Assembly (NCBI GenBank): GCA_004524535.1
Contig: SDNY01000007.1
Span: 1 to 53,623, forward strand
DNA from: Promethearchaeota archaeon
GTDB taxonomy: Archaea > Asgardarchaeota > Lokiarchaeia > Sigyniarchaeales > SOKP01
Direction: 5' to 3'
DNA: 53,623 nt
The translations under genes were made by a program, and so were the position numbers. This document shows, piece by piece, positions 9,197 through 19,348 of the stretch. Position 1 is the stretch's first letter. Every line of letters starts with the position of its first letter. Under the pieces are notes generated by a model. That model did not search any database. It was not told where the DNA came from and worked only from the letters and a program-made list of their open reading frames with translations.

Positions 9197-10097
9197 GGAG
9201 AGTAGGTCTCAGAAAAAATATGATCACAGCAACAAATCCACCTATTATCAGAGATGATATTAAAACACGAAATGTAGATGAATTAGACAAGTCTCTTATG
9301 GCTAATGTCATCAAGATAGGAACCCATATTGCGATAGTTAAGGCATCCATAACATCAAGAACGGCCCATATTTGAGATTGAAATATTCTATTTAAAACAA
9401 TAGGAGAAAGGTCTCCTTGAGTATAAATGTTAACTGTTGGGAACGCAACAAGAATTATCATAATTTTAAGTGTGTTAATTAATAACAAGGGAGCAAAACT
9501 GCAGAACAGCATTTTATATTTATTCGCTTCTTGTGTTTGTAATAGTGTACCTCCTTTATAAATAGAGAATGGACTCATTTCAGCGTTCTTATGTATCTCT
9601 TTTATTTCTTTATCACCTCCAAAACGGAGTTCCAATCTTTCGGAAAAGCCAACAGAGTAATTAGCGCCTTTAATAAACAACCAAGTAAGAATTGTATAAA
9701 AAATAAAATTGATAATAAGTCCAAACATAAAAAAAACTAAAAAAAATGTAAATGCGAAAATAAATCTAGTTGATTCCGGTTGAAATATAAAATGTGAAAT
9801 AAAAGCCAAACCCATAAGACCCCATAAAAAAGAGTTTAATAACAAAATGAGATAACCGGGAGCTGCACTTCTTTTATGATTGATATCATTGAAAGCACGA
9901 GCCGGATCTCTAAAAAGATAATAGATTTTCATATACCACTTGAGTGGGGTTATCCAAGGATCTTCAATTCGACGAAATAGGAAAAAATTTTCAATATACT
10001 CCATTTTTAACCTATTACCGCAGAAAGAGCAAACAAAACTATCAGCAGGATTTTCATTTCCGCATCTTGGACATCTTAGGAGTGCAGTGGTTGACAT
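9186..10097 (-). CDS. Zinc-ribbon plus Yip1-like membrane protein
   Basis: N-terminal CPRCG..CSFCG ribbon, LFRDPARAFNDI motif, about 5 TM segments. Confidence 0.65.
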   Translation of the reverse strand: MSTTALLRCPRCGNENPADSFVCSFCGNRLKMEYIENFFLFRRIEDPWITPLKWYMKIYYLFRDPARAFNDINHKRSAAPGYLILLLNSFLWGLMGLAFISHFIFQPESTRFIFAFTFFLVFFMFGLIINFIFYTILTWLFIKGANYSVGFSERLELRFGGDKEIKEIHKNAEMSPFSIYKGGTLLQTQEANKYKMLFCSFAPLLLINTLKIMIILVAFPTVNIYTQGDLSPIVLNRIFQSQIWAVLDVMDALTIAIWVPILMTLAIRDLSNSSTFRVLISSLIIGGFVAVIIFFLRPTLLGI

Positions 10098-10190
10098 TTA
10101 TAGAAAATTTGAAAATTATTTTTTAATATTCTTATAATAATGATCTTATAAATATTTCTTTTGAATTTTAATGATTTTATAAATAGGGTA

Positions 10191-11258
10191 TTATTGATAT
10201 TCTATTAAAAAATAATGTTTTTCTTTAGTAATTTTATAATTTCGATTTATAAATTTTTTAATTAACTCTAAATTTGTTTTGGTATGATTTGTAATTTCTA
10301 AAACTTTTATTCTGGAAGGTTCATCCTTGATGTAAGCCATTAACGGTATCAATTGATCGCTTAAATAATTATCAACTGGAATCTCGTTTTTTATATATTT
10401 TATCAATTCGTCTGCTGCAATAATACCGAGTTTCTCCGAAGAAATGCGTTTTTCTCCCAAAATAGTTCCTGTTGAGATAATAGCACCAGTATCGGAGTGA
10501 GCCCATAAAGAAAGCCCTACTCCAGGACTATTTGAACTTACCCAAGTATAATTTATCTCTGTTTCCATCTTTAGGTTTCTTTTAATTTGCTGTTTTATTG
10601 ATTTTCGAATTCTTTCTGCTATGTTATCTCTTTGTCTCCTTAATTGATTGGTACAAATAATTTCACCTTCGATTAAATCAATATTTCCTAATTCTGTTAA
10701 ATTTATAGGTATTAGATTTTGTTTAAGAGGAGATATAATACATTTTACTTGAGCTCCTCCTTTGGGATAAAATCCATGTTTTTGAATTTTTATTTCAATG
10801 TTTAATCCTGAATTTTTAAAGATTTTATATGTAACTTCATTAAGGTAATTGAGGTCAGGCGCCCATTTTCCAAAAGTACCTCCTCCTGAAAGAGAGATTT
10901 CAATTGGCTTGAGTCTTTTAAGATTCAAACAAGCAATTTGAATTGGTTGCAATAGAAGACCAATACTTGCAGCAGTGGCGATATTTACATTTATTTTGGG
11001 TGATAACTGTTTATTAGGGATTAATGTTATTTCACGCGTACCAACTTTACATTCACTTAATTGACTATTAGTTAATTCAGCAAGAGTTTTAAGTCCTAAT
11101 AGATGCTGTAATTTTAAACCAGGTTTAGGACGGTTAGCACGTATATTATTAATTCTAATTGGTTGGTTAAATAGAATCGAATATCCAGCACTTAATCGAA
11201 GTATTGACCCACCCCCTTCTCCAAAAGAACCATCTATTTCCAAAAAAGTGTCGTTCAA
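10191..11258 (-). CDS. rtcA: RNA 3'-terminal phosphate cyclase
   Basis: IDGSFGEGGGSILR, IRANRPKPGLKLQH, GFYPKGG, DQLIPLMA, HTKTN motifs. Confidence 0.95.
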   Translation of the reverse strand: MNDTFLEIDGSFGEGGGSILRLSAGYSILFNQPIRINNIRANRPKPGLKLQHLLGLKTLAELTNSQLSECKVGTREITLIPNKQLSPKINVNIATAASIGLLLQPIQIACLNLKRLKPIEISLSGGGTFGKWAPDLNYLNEVTYKIFKNSGLNIEIKIQKHGFYPKGGAQVKCIISPLKQNLIPINLTELGNIDLIEGEIICTNQLRRQRDNIAERIRKSIKQQIKRNLKMETEINYTWVSSNSPGVGLSLWAHSDTGAIISTGTILGEKRISSEKLGIIAADELIKYIKNEIPVDNYLSDQLIPLMAYIKDEPSRIKVLEITNHTKTNLELIKKFINRNYKITKEKHYFLIEYQ

Positions 11259-11331
11259 TAATCCTTTTTTTTCTCTTTTTTTATTGATTTTTATTAATTA
11301 ATGTGATTTAAAATAGTTATTTAACATCATT

Positions 11332-13623
11332 TTATCCCATATTAATTATAAAGTTAACATCAGTTTTTCCTACCTTAATTTTATGTTTACCATTAGATGC
11401 TACATATTCTACCATTATCCTATCATCTTTAACAGGAACCATAAAGGTTGATTTACCATCTCCTTCGAACTTACCAATTCGTAATTCAATCTCATCAGTC
11501 TCAATTTCATCAATATAATTCATGACAGGCCCTATAGGAATAATTCCTCCTTCACGAATATAAAGTGGTAATGTTTCAATATCTACCTCAACATTTATCC
11601 ATTTTTCACCCTTAATACGTTCACCATTCCACCAGTCAGTCCAAACACCTTTGGGGAAATATATTTCTCTTGTATTAGTATCATCTGTTATTGGAGCTAC
11701 GAGCAGATTATCTCCAAACATGAATTCATTTGATATATTCCATACGTTAGGATCATCTTGAAATTCAATTACTAATGCTCGTGTCATAGGAAGGGATTTT
11801 TCTACACAATCAAATGCAGAGCCATAAATATAAGGGAGAAGTTGATATCGAAGTTGAATATAATCTCGACAAATTCTCATGATATTTGGACGGAACCTAT
11901 AGAGCTCCCGCTTTCCCATCCCATGGATACGACTATGTGAATGAAATAGCCCTAGTTGCATCCAACGTATAAGAAGTTTGCCAAAAGTTAAACCTGCAAA
12001 CCCTCCTATGTCTTGACTCCAGAATTGATATCCTGAAAGTCCGAAGGATAATCCTCCTTCAAGTTGAGGTATCATATTAGTCCAATTTGCGCTGCTATCT
12101 CCCCCCCAATGAACGGGATAACGCTGATTACCTGCCCATGCTGAACGAGACCACATACAAATGCCACCAGTCATCTCTTTTGTTATCTGGCATGCTGCTT
12201 TATTATATAATAGGGGATAGAGATTATGCATTCGATGTCCTGGCGTTCCATTATAATAAACACCATCTAAAGGTGCGCTTTCACCAAAATCTGTCTTAAT
12301 AACTTTAGCCCCTAATTTAAGGAGTTTACCAATCCATTTTTGATAAACCTCTACTGCGTTTGGATTAGTAAAATCAATACAAGCGGAAACACCCTTGAAT
12401 CCTTGAACCATACAAATCCCTGTATCATAAATTTCTCCCTCCTTAGTTTTAACAAATCCACCAACAGATTTTAACTCTTCATAATATTTGGAACCTTCAG
12501 GAATGTATGGAAGTTGCCATAAAGATACTTTGAATCCCATTTTTGTTAATTCTTCAAAAAATTTTTTAGGATCGGGAAACCTCTGCTTATCTAGCTCAAG
12601 ATCACAATACCAATCTTTTTTAAACCAGTGTGTATCTAGATGAATTACATCACAGGGAATCTCATTTTCTCGCAATTTCTTAGCAATTTTGAGTGTTTCT
12701 TCAGCTGATTTATAAGATATTTTACTTTGCCAATATCCAAAAGTCCATTTTGGAGGGACCACTCCTTTTCCCGTAATATCAGTATATTGTGATAAAATTT
12801 CTTTAATATTCCCTAAAATTACATAATAATCTAAAAAATCATCTTCCACAGCAACTTGAACATCGGTAGCACTCATGCTTCCAACCCACACTGTCATAGG
12901 ACATGAATGGTTAAAAAATACACCATAACCCTTAGTACTTACGAAGAAAGGAGTATTCTTATAGCTACGGGGCGTTGTCGTGCCTAACGCTTCCTTCATA
13001 ATAAGATCAATAGTTTGTCCTACTTTGTTTAATCTAGTAAACTGCTCACCAAATCCATAGATGGCTTCATGAGGATGAAGATCAAACTTTTCTACGCCAA
13101 TTGGAGAATTATCTTTTTTTGAATAACAAAAACCTGTGCCAAAAGCATCCCAATTGTTAAAATTATTTTTTTCTAATCCACTTAAACCACATAGTTTAAC
13201 ATTATTTAGAGTAAATATTTCTATTCGGAACGGTTTTAAGTTTATAGAAAAAATTATTTGTCCAGTTGTAATTAAAAACTGTTTTGATCCTTTCTTTATT
13301 TTTAATTTTGAGGGGCCCTCAAACGTTCCTATAACCATAGGATTTTCATTATTATTTACTTTTTCTGCTTCTTTATAGCGAATCCGTATAATCCTATCAG
13401 TAATAACATCAATTCGGAGAGCCCCTGGACTTTCTTTCAATTTACTATATTCTTTAAATGCTTCAGAAAGATCTTCAAAGCCATTAAAAGAGTCGTTAAG
13501 AGTTCCTTTCCTGATATTAATCGAAGTTTCAAAAATTAATGAATTTCCTTCTATTTTTTGAAGTTTTATACTATCTACTCTATGTTGAACAACCCCATTG
13601 GATTCTAATAATCTCGTTATCAT
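11332..13623 (-). CDS. Glycoside hydrolase family 31 (alpha-xylosidase YicI-like)
   Basis: IPCDVIHLDTHW, IKTDFGE nucleophile motif, HWGGD, WSQDIGGF. Confidence 0.92.
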   Translation of the reverse strand: MITRLLESNGVVQHRVDSIKLQKIEGNSLIFETSINIRKGTLNDSFNGFEDLSEAFKEYSKLKESPGALRIDVITDRIIRIRYKEAEKVNNNENPMVIGTFEGPSKLKIKKGSKQFLITTGQIIFSINLKPFRIEIFTLNNVKLCGLSGLEKNNFNNWDAFGTGFCYSKKDNSPIGVEKFDLHPHEAIYGFGEQFTRLNKVGQTIDLIMKEALGTTTPRSYKNTPFFVSTKGYGVFFNHSCPMTVWVGSMSATDVQVAVEDDFLDYYVILGNIKEILSQYTDITGKGVVPPKWTFGYWQSKISYKSAEETLKIAKKLRENEIPCDVIHLDTHWFKKDWYCDLELDKQRFPDPKKFFEELTKMGFKVSLWQLPYIPEGSKYYEELKSVGGFVKTKEGEIYDTGICMVQGFKGVSACIDFTNPNAVEVYQKWIGKLLKLGAKVIKTDFGESAPLDGVYYNGTPGHRMHNLYPLLYNKAACQITKEMTGGICMWSRSAWAGNQRYPVHWGGDSSANWTNMIPQLEGGLSFGLSGYQFWSQDIGGFAGLTFGKLLIRWMQLGLFHSHSRIHGMGKRELYRFRPNIMRICRDYIQLRYQLLPYIYGSAFDCVEKSLPMTRALVIEFQDDPNVWNISNEFMFGDNLLVAPITDDTNTREIYFPKGVWTDWWNGERIKGEKWINVEVDIETLPLYIREGGIIPIGPVMNYIDEIETDEIELRIGKFEGDGKSTFMVPVKDDRIMVEYVASNGKHKIKVGKTDVNFIINMG

Positions 13624-13781
13624 AATTCTATTTCTTTTTTTTTTTTAATTTAAATAATTAGTATGATTTAAAACAATTATTTAAAATGCTACACTATATA
13701 AAACATAAAGAGTTAGTGTTAATTTATTCTAACCATTTTTTATTCATATTAATAGGAAAGAAATAATCTAAGGTTATAATA

Positions 13782-14879
13782 ATGGCTAAAGGAAAAGAAT
13801 TAATAGACAAAGGAAGTAATTATTTCGATAAAGGCAAATATAATGAGGCCATTAATTTATATAAAAGGGCCTTAGATTTAGAGCCTAATGATGTAGATTT
13901 GCTTATTAAAATAGGATTGTCTTATCGACATTTAGAAGAATATGATAGAGCGATTGATTATTATGATCGGGTTTTAGAGATCGAACCGGACAATAAAACA
14001 GCTCTGAACAACATAGGTTACACTAAAGAATGCCAGGGTCAGATAGAAGAAGCTATTGATTTGTATAAGAAATCTTTAGAAATAGATCCATCTTACGATG
14101 TCCCTTTGGTAAATCTTACAAATATCTATTTCGAGAGAGAAGAGTATACCGACGTGATAAAAGTGTTGAAAAAAGCGTTAAATATAGATCATTTAAATAC
14201 TGCGAATTGGATAGATTTAGGACGAGCTCATAGGTTCTTGGAGGAATACGATGAGGCAATAGTCGCTTACAAAAAAGCTTTAAAGCTCGATAAATACTCT
14301 AAGATAGCTTGGAACAATATTGGATGGGTCTATTATTGCAAGAAACTATATGCTGAAGCGGTAGATGCTTATACAAAATCTCTTTCTATTGATTGGCTCT
14401 ATGATTTAAGTTTTTCAAATTTGATTAAAGTTTACAAGAAAATGATTAAAAATAATAGCCAAGATGCTATTATGTGGAAAAATATAGCTAATGGTTTTTA
14501 TGTAGCAAAAGCATATAAAAGGGCTCTTGATGCTTGTAATCGATCTTTGGAGCTTAATCAAAGTAATGAGGCACTTAAACTTTATGAAAAAATTGAGAAA
14601 GCTAAGTCTAAATTTGATATGGTTCCAATATTATTGAAAAAGATAGAAGATGCATTGGAGTTATTTTCCTCGATTTCAACTTCCGCATTATTAAGGGATA
14701 TTATTGAATACGTCAAACATAAATCACCTGAATTAAGTTCAGAATTTAACAATAATGAAATAAAATTCAAAATATTTGAAACGATTAGAGAAAAAGGTTT
14801 TTACATTAAATTGGAGAAAAATAAGTTAATTTTTTACGAAAAACCTGAAAGTGAATCAAGAATAGACTATATGAAATAA
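13782..14879 (+). CDS. Tetratricopeptide-repeat protein
   Basis: About 7 34-aa TPR units (G..Y...Y.EAI..Y.RAL.L.P). Confidence 0.9.
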   Translation: MAKGKELIDKGSNYFDKGKYNEAINLYKRALDLEPNDVDLLIKIGLSYRHLEEYDRAIDYYDRVLEIEPDNKTALNNIGYTKECQGQIEEAIDLYKKSLEIDPSYDVPLVNLTNIYFEREEYTDVIKVLKKALNIDHLNTANWIDLGRAHRFLEEYDEAIVAYKKALKLDKYSKIAWNNIGWVYYCKKLYAEAVDAYTKSLSIDWLYDLSFSNLIKVYKKMIKNNSQDAIMWKNIANGFYVAKAYKRALDACNRSLELNQSNEALKLYEKIEKAKSKFDMVPILLKKIEDALELFSSISTSALLRDIIEYVKHKSPELSSEFNNNEIKFKIFETIREKGFYIKLEKNKLIFYEKPESESRIDYMK

Positions 14880-14884
14880 ATCCT

Positions 14885-16021
14885 TTATTTATTTTTAAGT
14901 GATTTTATTCTTTCAATCCCTTTAAATTCTTTAATTAATTTTGAGACTTCTTTAGGTACTAAATTTAGCCATTCATCATCATCATTGTAGATTAGATCTC
15001 TAATGTGTGTAGCATTCAATTTATCCATCTTCAAGGGTAATTTGTCTGCAACCAGATAACTTTTGTTAGTAAATAGAGTTCTCACCCAGTCGCTATTAGA
15101 ATAAATAATATCGACATCTCCGACTATACTTATTACGTGATCGACCCATTTTTGAGCTTTAAAAATATCAACTATGTCAAAGATTTCAATCCTTTCCTTA
15201 GGTATCTTTTCAAATTCTAATGTAGATATGATAAATTGCTTTCTCTCTTCTGCAGAGAAAGGATCATTTATAGTATGAGAGAATTGGGAGCTTCCAATTC
15301 CTAATTTGACTTTTTCACACTTCTTTAACATTTTTTTTAATACATATAAATGACCATTATGAAATGGCTGAAATCTTCCAATAAATAATCCTACTTTGCC
15401 TTTCTTGATTTTAGAGATTCTTTTTTTCTCAAAAAGTGTTTTTATATCCTGTTTCAATAAAAATTCCCAGATTTCTCGAGAATAATCAACTAATTTTTCA
15501 TAATTCATTAAATTTTTTAGCTCTTCTTTAGTATAAAACTGGCTCCCGTTGAGTTCTAACTCACTGGGATTTGGATGTAATTCGATGGGGTAGTCAACTA
15601 ACGCGAAAAAAATGTATGCGATTTCTGGAGTGAAGTTATCTTCTTCAGTGTGTAATTTGTAGAATAGAATCTTCTGAATATATTTTTCAGCAATCCCAAA
15701 TTCTTCTTCAAGCTCTCTTACCGCATTTTTTTTTATGTCATTAAGCGTCATTTTATCTTTATATTCAACATGACCTGAAGCGGAATCTGTGAAGTATTCA
15801 GGATACCCTCTTTTACTTTTACCTCTTTTTTGTACTAAATATAGGATTTTGTTTTCAGCTGTAAATGCCATTACAAAGAGCCGAACGATGAGATGGCTAA
15901 TTTTATTCTGATGAGCTTCACTACGGTTCATTGGAAAGATATATTTGGAAAGTTGCCCCGATTGGAGATATTTTATATGTTCATTTTTGATACAGGCTAA
16001 AATTTCATCATTTGATTTCAT
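14885..16021 (-). CDS. Fusion of N-terminal Nudix (IDI/YfcD-like) and C-terminal NMN adenylyltransferase (NadM) domains
   Basis: SASGHVE...AVRELEEEFGI Nudix box; GLFIGRFQPFHNGH, GIGSSQFSHTINDPFSAEER, NATHIR motifs. Confidence 0.88.
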   Translation of the reverse strand: MKSNDEILACIKNEHIKYLQSGQLSKYIFPMNRSEAHQNKISHLIVRLFVMAFTAENKILYLVQKRGKSKRGYPEYFTDSASGHVEYKDKMTLNDIKKNAVRELEEEFGIAEKYIQKILFYKLHTEEDNFTPEIAYIFFALVDYPIELHPNPSELELNGSQFYTKEELKNLMNYEKLVDYSREIWEFLLKQDIKTLFEKKRISKIKKGKVGLFIGRFQPFHNGHLYVLKKMLKKCEKVKLGIGSSQFSHTINDPFSAEERKQFIISTLEFEKIPKERIEIFDIVDIFKAQKWVDHVISIVGDVDIIYSNSDWVRTLFTNKSYLVADKLPLKMDKLNATHIRDLIYNDDDEWLNLVPKEVSKLIKEFKGIERIKSLKNK

Positions 16022-16032
16022 TCAATAACACC

Positions 16033-16848
16033 TTATATTCTAATCTTAATAATATCACCTACTTTAAGTAAAAGATCTTTAGCAGCATTTCCTTGATTCT
16101 TCGAGATTTCAAGATAACCAGTGGATCCAACAAGAAATAATAAAGAATGGAGAGATTCGCTAGCAAAATGGGTTACAAATTTACCTCTATATTTTTGGTT
16201 TTTAGATTCCAATTCTATTGTATCTTTTAGTGAGAGAGATGATCCTTCAATTAAGTTATCTTTTATTGGGATATTTGTTGTTATATTTCCAAAATTATCA
16301 ATGTATTGTACTGTGCAATGAATAGTTCTCTCATTAGGAATTAGTCTATACTCAACATCAATCTCAGTTAAATTATCTAAGTTGAAGGAAGGACCAAATT
16401 TACTTAGTGGTACTCCACGGGTAATATGAGCGCCTATAGGAGCCATAATATCTCGTCCGTGAAAAGTATTTGAAACAGGTTTATTGAAATATTCATCATT
16501 GTTAACGATTACACATTCAACAATTTTTTCATTTGAGAATATAGTTGAAAATACACCATTGTTAGGTCCAATAAAATAATAGTTAGAATCAGATTTGAAG
16601 GCAAGAATTTCTCTTGAACTACCAACGCCAGGATCTACTACTACTACAAAAACTGAATGTTCAGGGAAATGTTTATATGTAGTTTTAATAAGATATGAGG
16701 CTTCAATTATAGAATAAGAGGATATATTTTGAGTGATATCAATGATTTTAACATTAGGATTAATTTTTAGAATGGTACCCTTCATACTTGCGACATAATG
16801 ACCTCCAAGAGGACCAAAATCAGTTAAAATAGCAATAATATTTGTCAA
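16033..16848 (-). CDS. SAM hydroxide adenosyltransferase (DUF62, chlorinase/fluorinase family)
   Basis: LTDFG, VVVVDPGVGS, GPNNG, TFHGRDIMAP, IDNFGNI motifs. Confidence 0.93.
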   Translation of the reverse strand: MTNIIAILTDFGPLGGHYVASMKGTILKINPNVKIIDITQNISSYSIIEASYLIKTTYKHFPEHSVFVVVVDPGVGSSREILAFKSDSNYYFIGPNNGVFSTIFSNEKIVECVIVNNDEYFNKPVSNTFHGRDIMAPIGAHITRGVPLSKFGPSFNLDNLTEIDVEYRLIPNERTIHCTVQYIDNFGNITTNIPIKDNLIEGSSLSLKDTIELESKNQKYRGKFVTHFASESLHSLLFLVGSTGYLEISKNQGNAAKDLLLKVGDIIKIRI

Positions 16849-16864
16849 GATTCTGTCATTACAA

Positions 16865-17764
16865 TTATTGTTTTTTCTGAAATCTTTGTTCTGCTTGATA
16901 AAAATCCTGTAGTGCTTTTGACTTTAAAGTATATTCTTCTTCTTTTTCAGTTTGCATTAGTTTTTTGGATAACTCGCTTGCTTTTTTATAATATGTATAA
17001 GCGGCGTGGAAGTCTTCTTTCCTTAACGCGCTTCTTGCCTCTCTCACGATTTCATCACGTTTTTTAGACAAATCTGGTATATCTACAGATAAACTAGCTC
17101 TCTCCCTTAACGATTTAGCTAGATCTCTTACTTTTAACTCTTCTGCAACTTCTGCGGCTTTATTGAAAAGCTTTCCAGCTCTTTCGTAATCTAGCGATTT
17201 TAAAGCGCTCTCCGCAGCCTTATAATATTCAGAAATTTTTGTATGCACTTTATCTTCAATTTTTTGTAATAATTCTTGCGCAATTCTTCTTTCTTTTTTA
17301 CCTTCGCTTAACATTTCTTTAGTTAGATTGATTATCCTTTCTTTTAATACATCAGCGTTTAAAATATCATCTAACGTTTCAATATGTTTTTCATAAATGG
17401 CTTTTAATTCTTCTTCAAATTCTTCTTTTGGAATCTCTAAAAAGTTTAAAGATTCTATAGAAATTGCGGCATTTTTCATCGGAGCTCTAAATTTTTCGGG
17501 CTCTTCACCTTCGTTTAGTAATACTCCAACTATTATTCCAGAGGCTTTTCGACTTATTTTACCTGTGAAATTATGAAGATAAGAAATTATAATATAATTT
17601 TTTAATTTTAAAAAATTAAATGTGTTCTTTGAGTGGTCTAAATTTAGCCTTAAAAACAAATCACTTGATACTTCGAAATCTAATTCAGTGTTTTTTAAAT
17701 AATAACCTAGAATTTTATAATCCGCTTCTCTTGGCAATAATACAATAAATAAGCCTTTTGGCAT
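16865..17764 (-). CDS. Hypothetical protein: alpha/beta (possibly longin-like) N-terminus plus TPR/MIT-like helical C-terminus
   Basis: Long ORF with upstream GGTGA; repeated A..AL...D...A...Y.KA.E helices. Confidence 0.55.
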   Translation of the reverse strand: MPKGLFIVLLPREADYKILGYYLKNTELDFEVSSDLFLRLNLDHSKNTFNFLKLKNYIIISYLHNFTGKISRKASGIIVGVLLNEGEEPEKFRAPMKNAAISIESLNFLEIPKEEFEEELKAIYEKHIETLDDILNADVLKERIINLTKEMLSEGKKERRIAQELLQKIEDKVHTKISEYYKAAESALKSLDYERAGKLFNKAAEVAEELKVRDLAKSLRERASLSVDIPDLSKKRDEIVREARSALRKEDFHAAYTYYKKASELSKKLMQTEKEEEYTLKSKALQDFYQAEQRFQKKQ

Positions 17765-17828
17765 AAAATTTAAGTCACCTTAAAGTTAACTATTAAAAAG
17801 TAATTTTAAATGTTAAAAAAAAATTAAC

Positions 17829-18245
17829 TTAAGTTTTTTTTAAAACTCTATTTGTTTCTTCTCTAATAGAACGAATTATGGAAAGTAATTGGGCGTAATA
17901 TAGATTATTAGAAACCGCTTTTTCTCCTTGTCTTATTGCGTCAATTGCCTTCTTTTCTTGTTTTAGGATAGTGTCTATAGAATTTTTATCCCATAATTCT
18001 TGTATTTTTTCACCTAATTCATCGGATAAATCTTTCAAACTTTTAGAAGACTGCACGCGAAATTGTTTTAAAACTTCTACGATTAACCTGATATTCTCCG
18101 TTAGGCTTACAGTCTCCTCACTAAATTTTTGACTCATATTATTAATTGCAGTTCCCATATTCTGAATTTGGGCAATTGTACCGTCCAATGATTGGGTAAT
18201 TGAGTTAATTTGTTCAATCATTTGGTCTAAGAGTTGTTCAGCCAA
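17829..18245 (-). CDS. Hypothetical coiled-coil protein
   Basis: Heptad pattern; upstream GGTGA; co-oriented with neighbours. Confidence 0.65.
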   Translation of the reverse strand: MAEQLLDQMIEQINSITQSLDGTIAQIQNMGTAINNMSQKFSEETVSLTENIRLIVEVLKQFRVQSSKSLKDLSDELGEKIQELWDKNSIDTILKQEKKAIDAIRQGEKAVSNNLYYAQLLSIIRSIREETNRVLKKT

Positions 18246-18246
18246 A

Positions 18247-18660
18247 TTAACTACTCACCTCCTCCTCTCGTAGATTCTTTTTCAATTTATTTACAGACTC
18301 AATTGCTTCTGACAAAAGTAAATTTACAGTATCTTGAGTTAACACTTCAGAGGCTAATTTTTCAAAATCTTCGAGTGAAGAAATCATTTTTTCAAAGGAA
18401 TCGAGTGCAAAACCTTGTCGAATTTTTCCAAACTCATTTTTAATTCCTTCTCCAATCTCTTTTAATGCATCAATATATATTGTTTGAGTTACATTTATCT
18501 CTCTTGAGAATTCTGAGATTTTTTCATTTAAATTGGATATCTTCTGCTCTATATTCTTGTTTAATTCGTCTAAAGTATTCTTTAACCCTTGAATTGCTTG
18601 CCCTAATTGTGCAATGCGTTTATAAATATTTTGTAACAAGTCTGTTAGCATTTCTGCCAA
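18247..18660 (-). CDS. Hypothetical coiled-coil protein (similar size and N-terminus to 17829..18245)
   Basis: Heptad pattern, upstream AGGTG, MAE.L start shared with its neighbour. Confidence 0.65.
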   Translation of the reverse strand: MAEMLTDLLQNIYKRIAQLGQAIQGLKNTLDELNKNIEQKISNLNEKISEFSREINVTQTIYIDALKEIGEGIKNEFGKIRQGFALDSFEKMISSLEDFEKLASEVLTQDTVNLLLSEAIESVNKLKKNLREEEVSS

Positions 18661-18763
18661 GTTTAAACACCTTATTTAGCTATTATATTAAAATTATAAG
18701 TGTAATTTTTTATTTAATTTAATCTATATATAACAATGTAATTATAAAAAAACTTTTATTTTT

Positions 18764-18958
18764 TTGTGTTACATTCTAAATTTTGGAGATGGGATAATTA
18801 CAAATAAGGATTTAACCAGAGATTTATTAATGAATCGAACATTAGCGTGGAATTATTTGGAACGCTTAACCGAGAAAAACATTTTTAAAAAACTAACCAC
18901 AACAAAGCCATCAGAATATAAAATGAATCCAGATTACTTATTTTTTCTATCTAATTAA
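18764..18958 (+). pseudogene. Possible winged-HTH gene fragment
   Basis: ITNKDLTRDLLMNRTLAWNYLERLTEKNIF..Y..NP resembles a wHTH; weak start, surrounded by non-coding AT-rich DNA. Confidence 0.4.
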
Positions 18959-19296
18959 TCAATTAATTTCAAAAAGTGATATAAAAAAATGATCGTAAGA
19001 ATGTTAACCCTACATTATTCACGCCCCAATAATAAAGAGAAATATTATCTAATAATTATGAGAAACTAATGAGTATGTCTGTCTAAATTTATTCTTTATT
19101 TTATAATTAGTACTCTGATTTCTCCCTAAGAAAATTTCAGATTCTTTTGAGAGAATTGTCATTTATCTGAAAGCACCAATAAAAAGGATTCAATCCTTAG
19201 ACAAATAATAGTATTTACCCCCTTTACTCTTTCTAAAATCATAAATTTTTTATTTCATTCAATCTAAATAATAATAACAAAAATTTTTTTTGTTAT

Positions 19297-19344
19297 AACA
19301 AACAAGAACAACAACAAGAACAAACAAGAACAACAACAAGAACA
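19297..19344 (+). repeat. Short tandem repeat (AACAAGAAC-based; 22-bp unit x2) immediately upstream of tRNA-Ile
   Basis: CAAACAAGAACAACAACAAGAA occurs twice at 19299-19342. Confidence 0.85.
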
Positions 19345-19348
19345 GTAT

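Noticed and set aside
10191-11258. rtcA as a dedicated part of the intron system
   Set aside because: EndA already leaves 2',3'-cyclic phosphates and rtcA is widespread; proximity alone is not evidence.
19297-19344. CRISPR-like array
   Set aside because: Low-complexity tandem units without unique spacers; no cas genes in the window.
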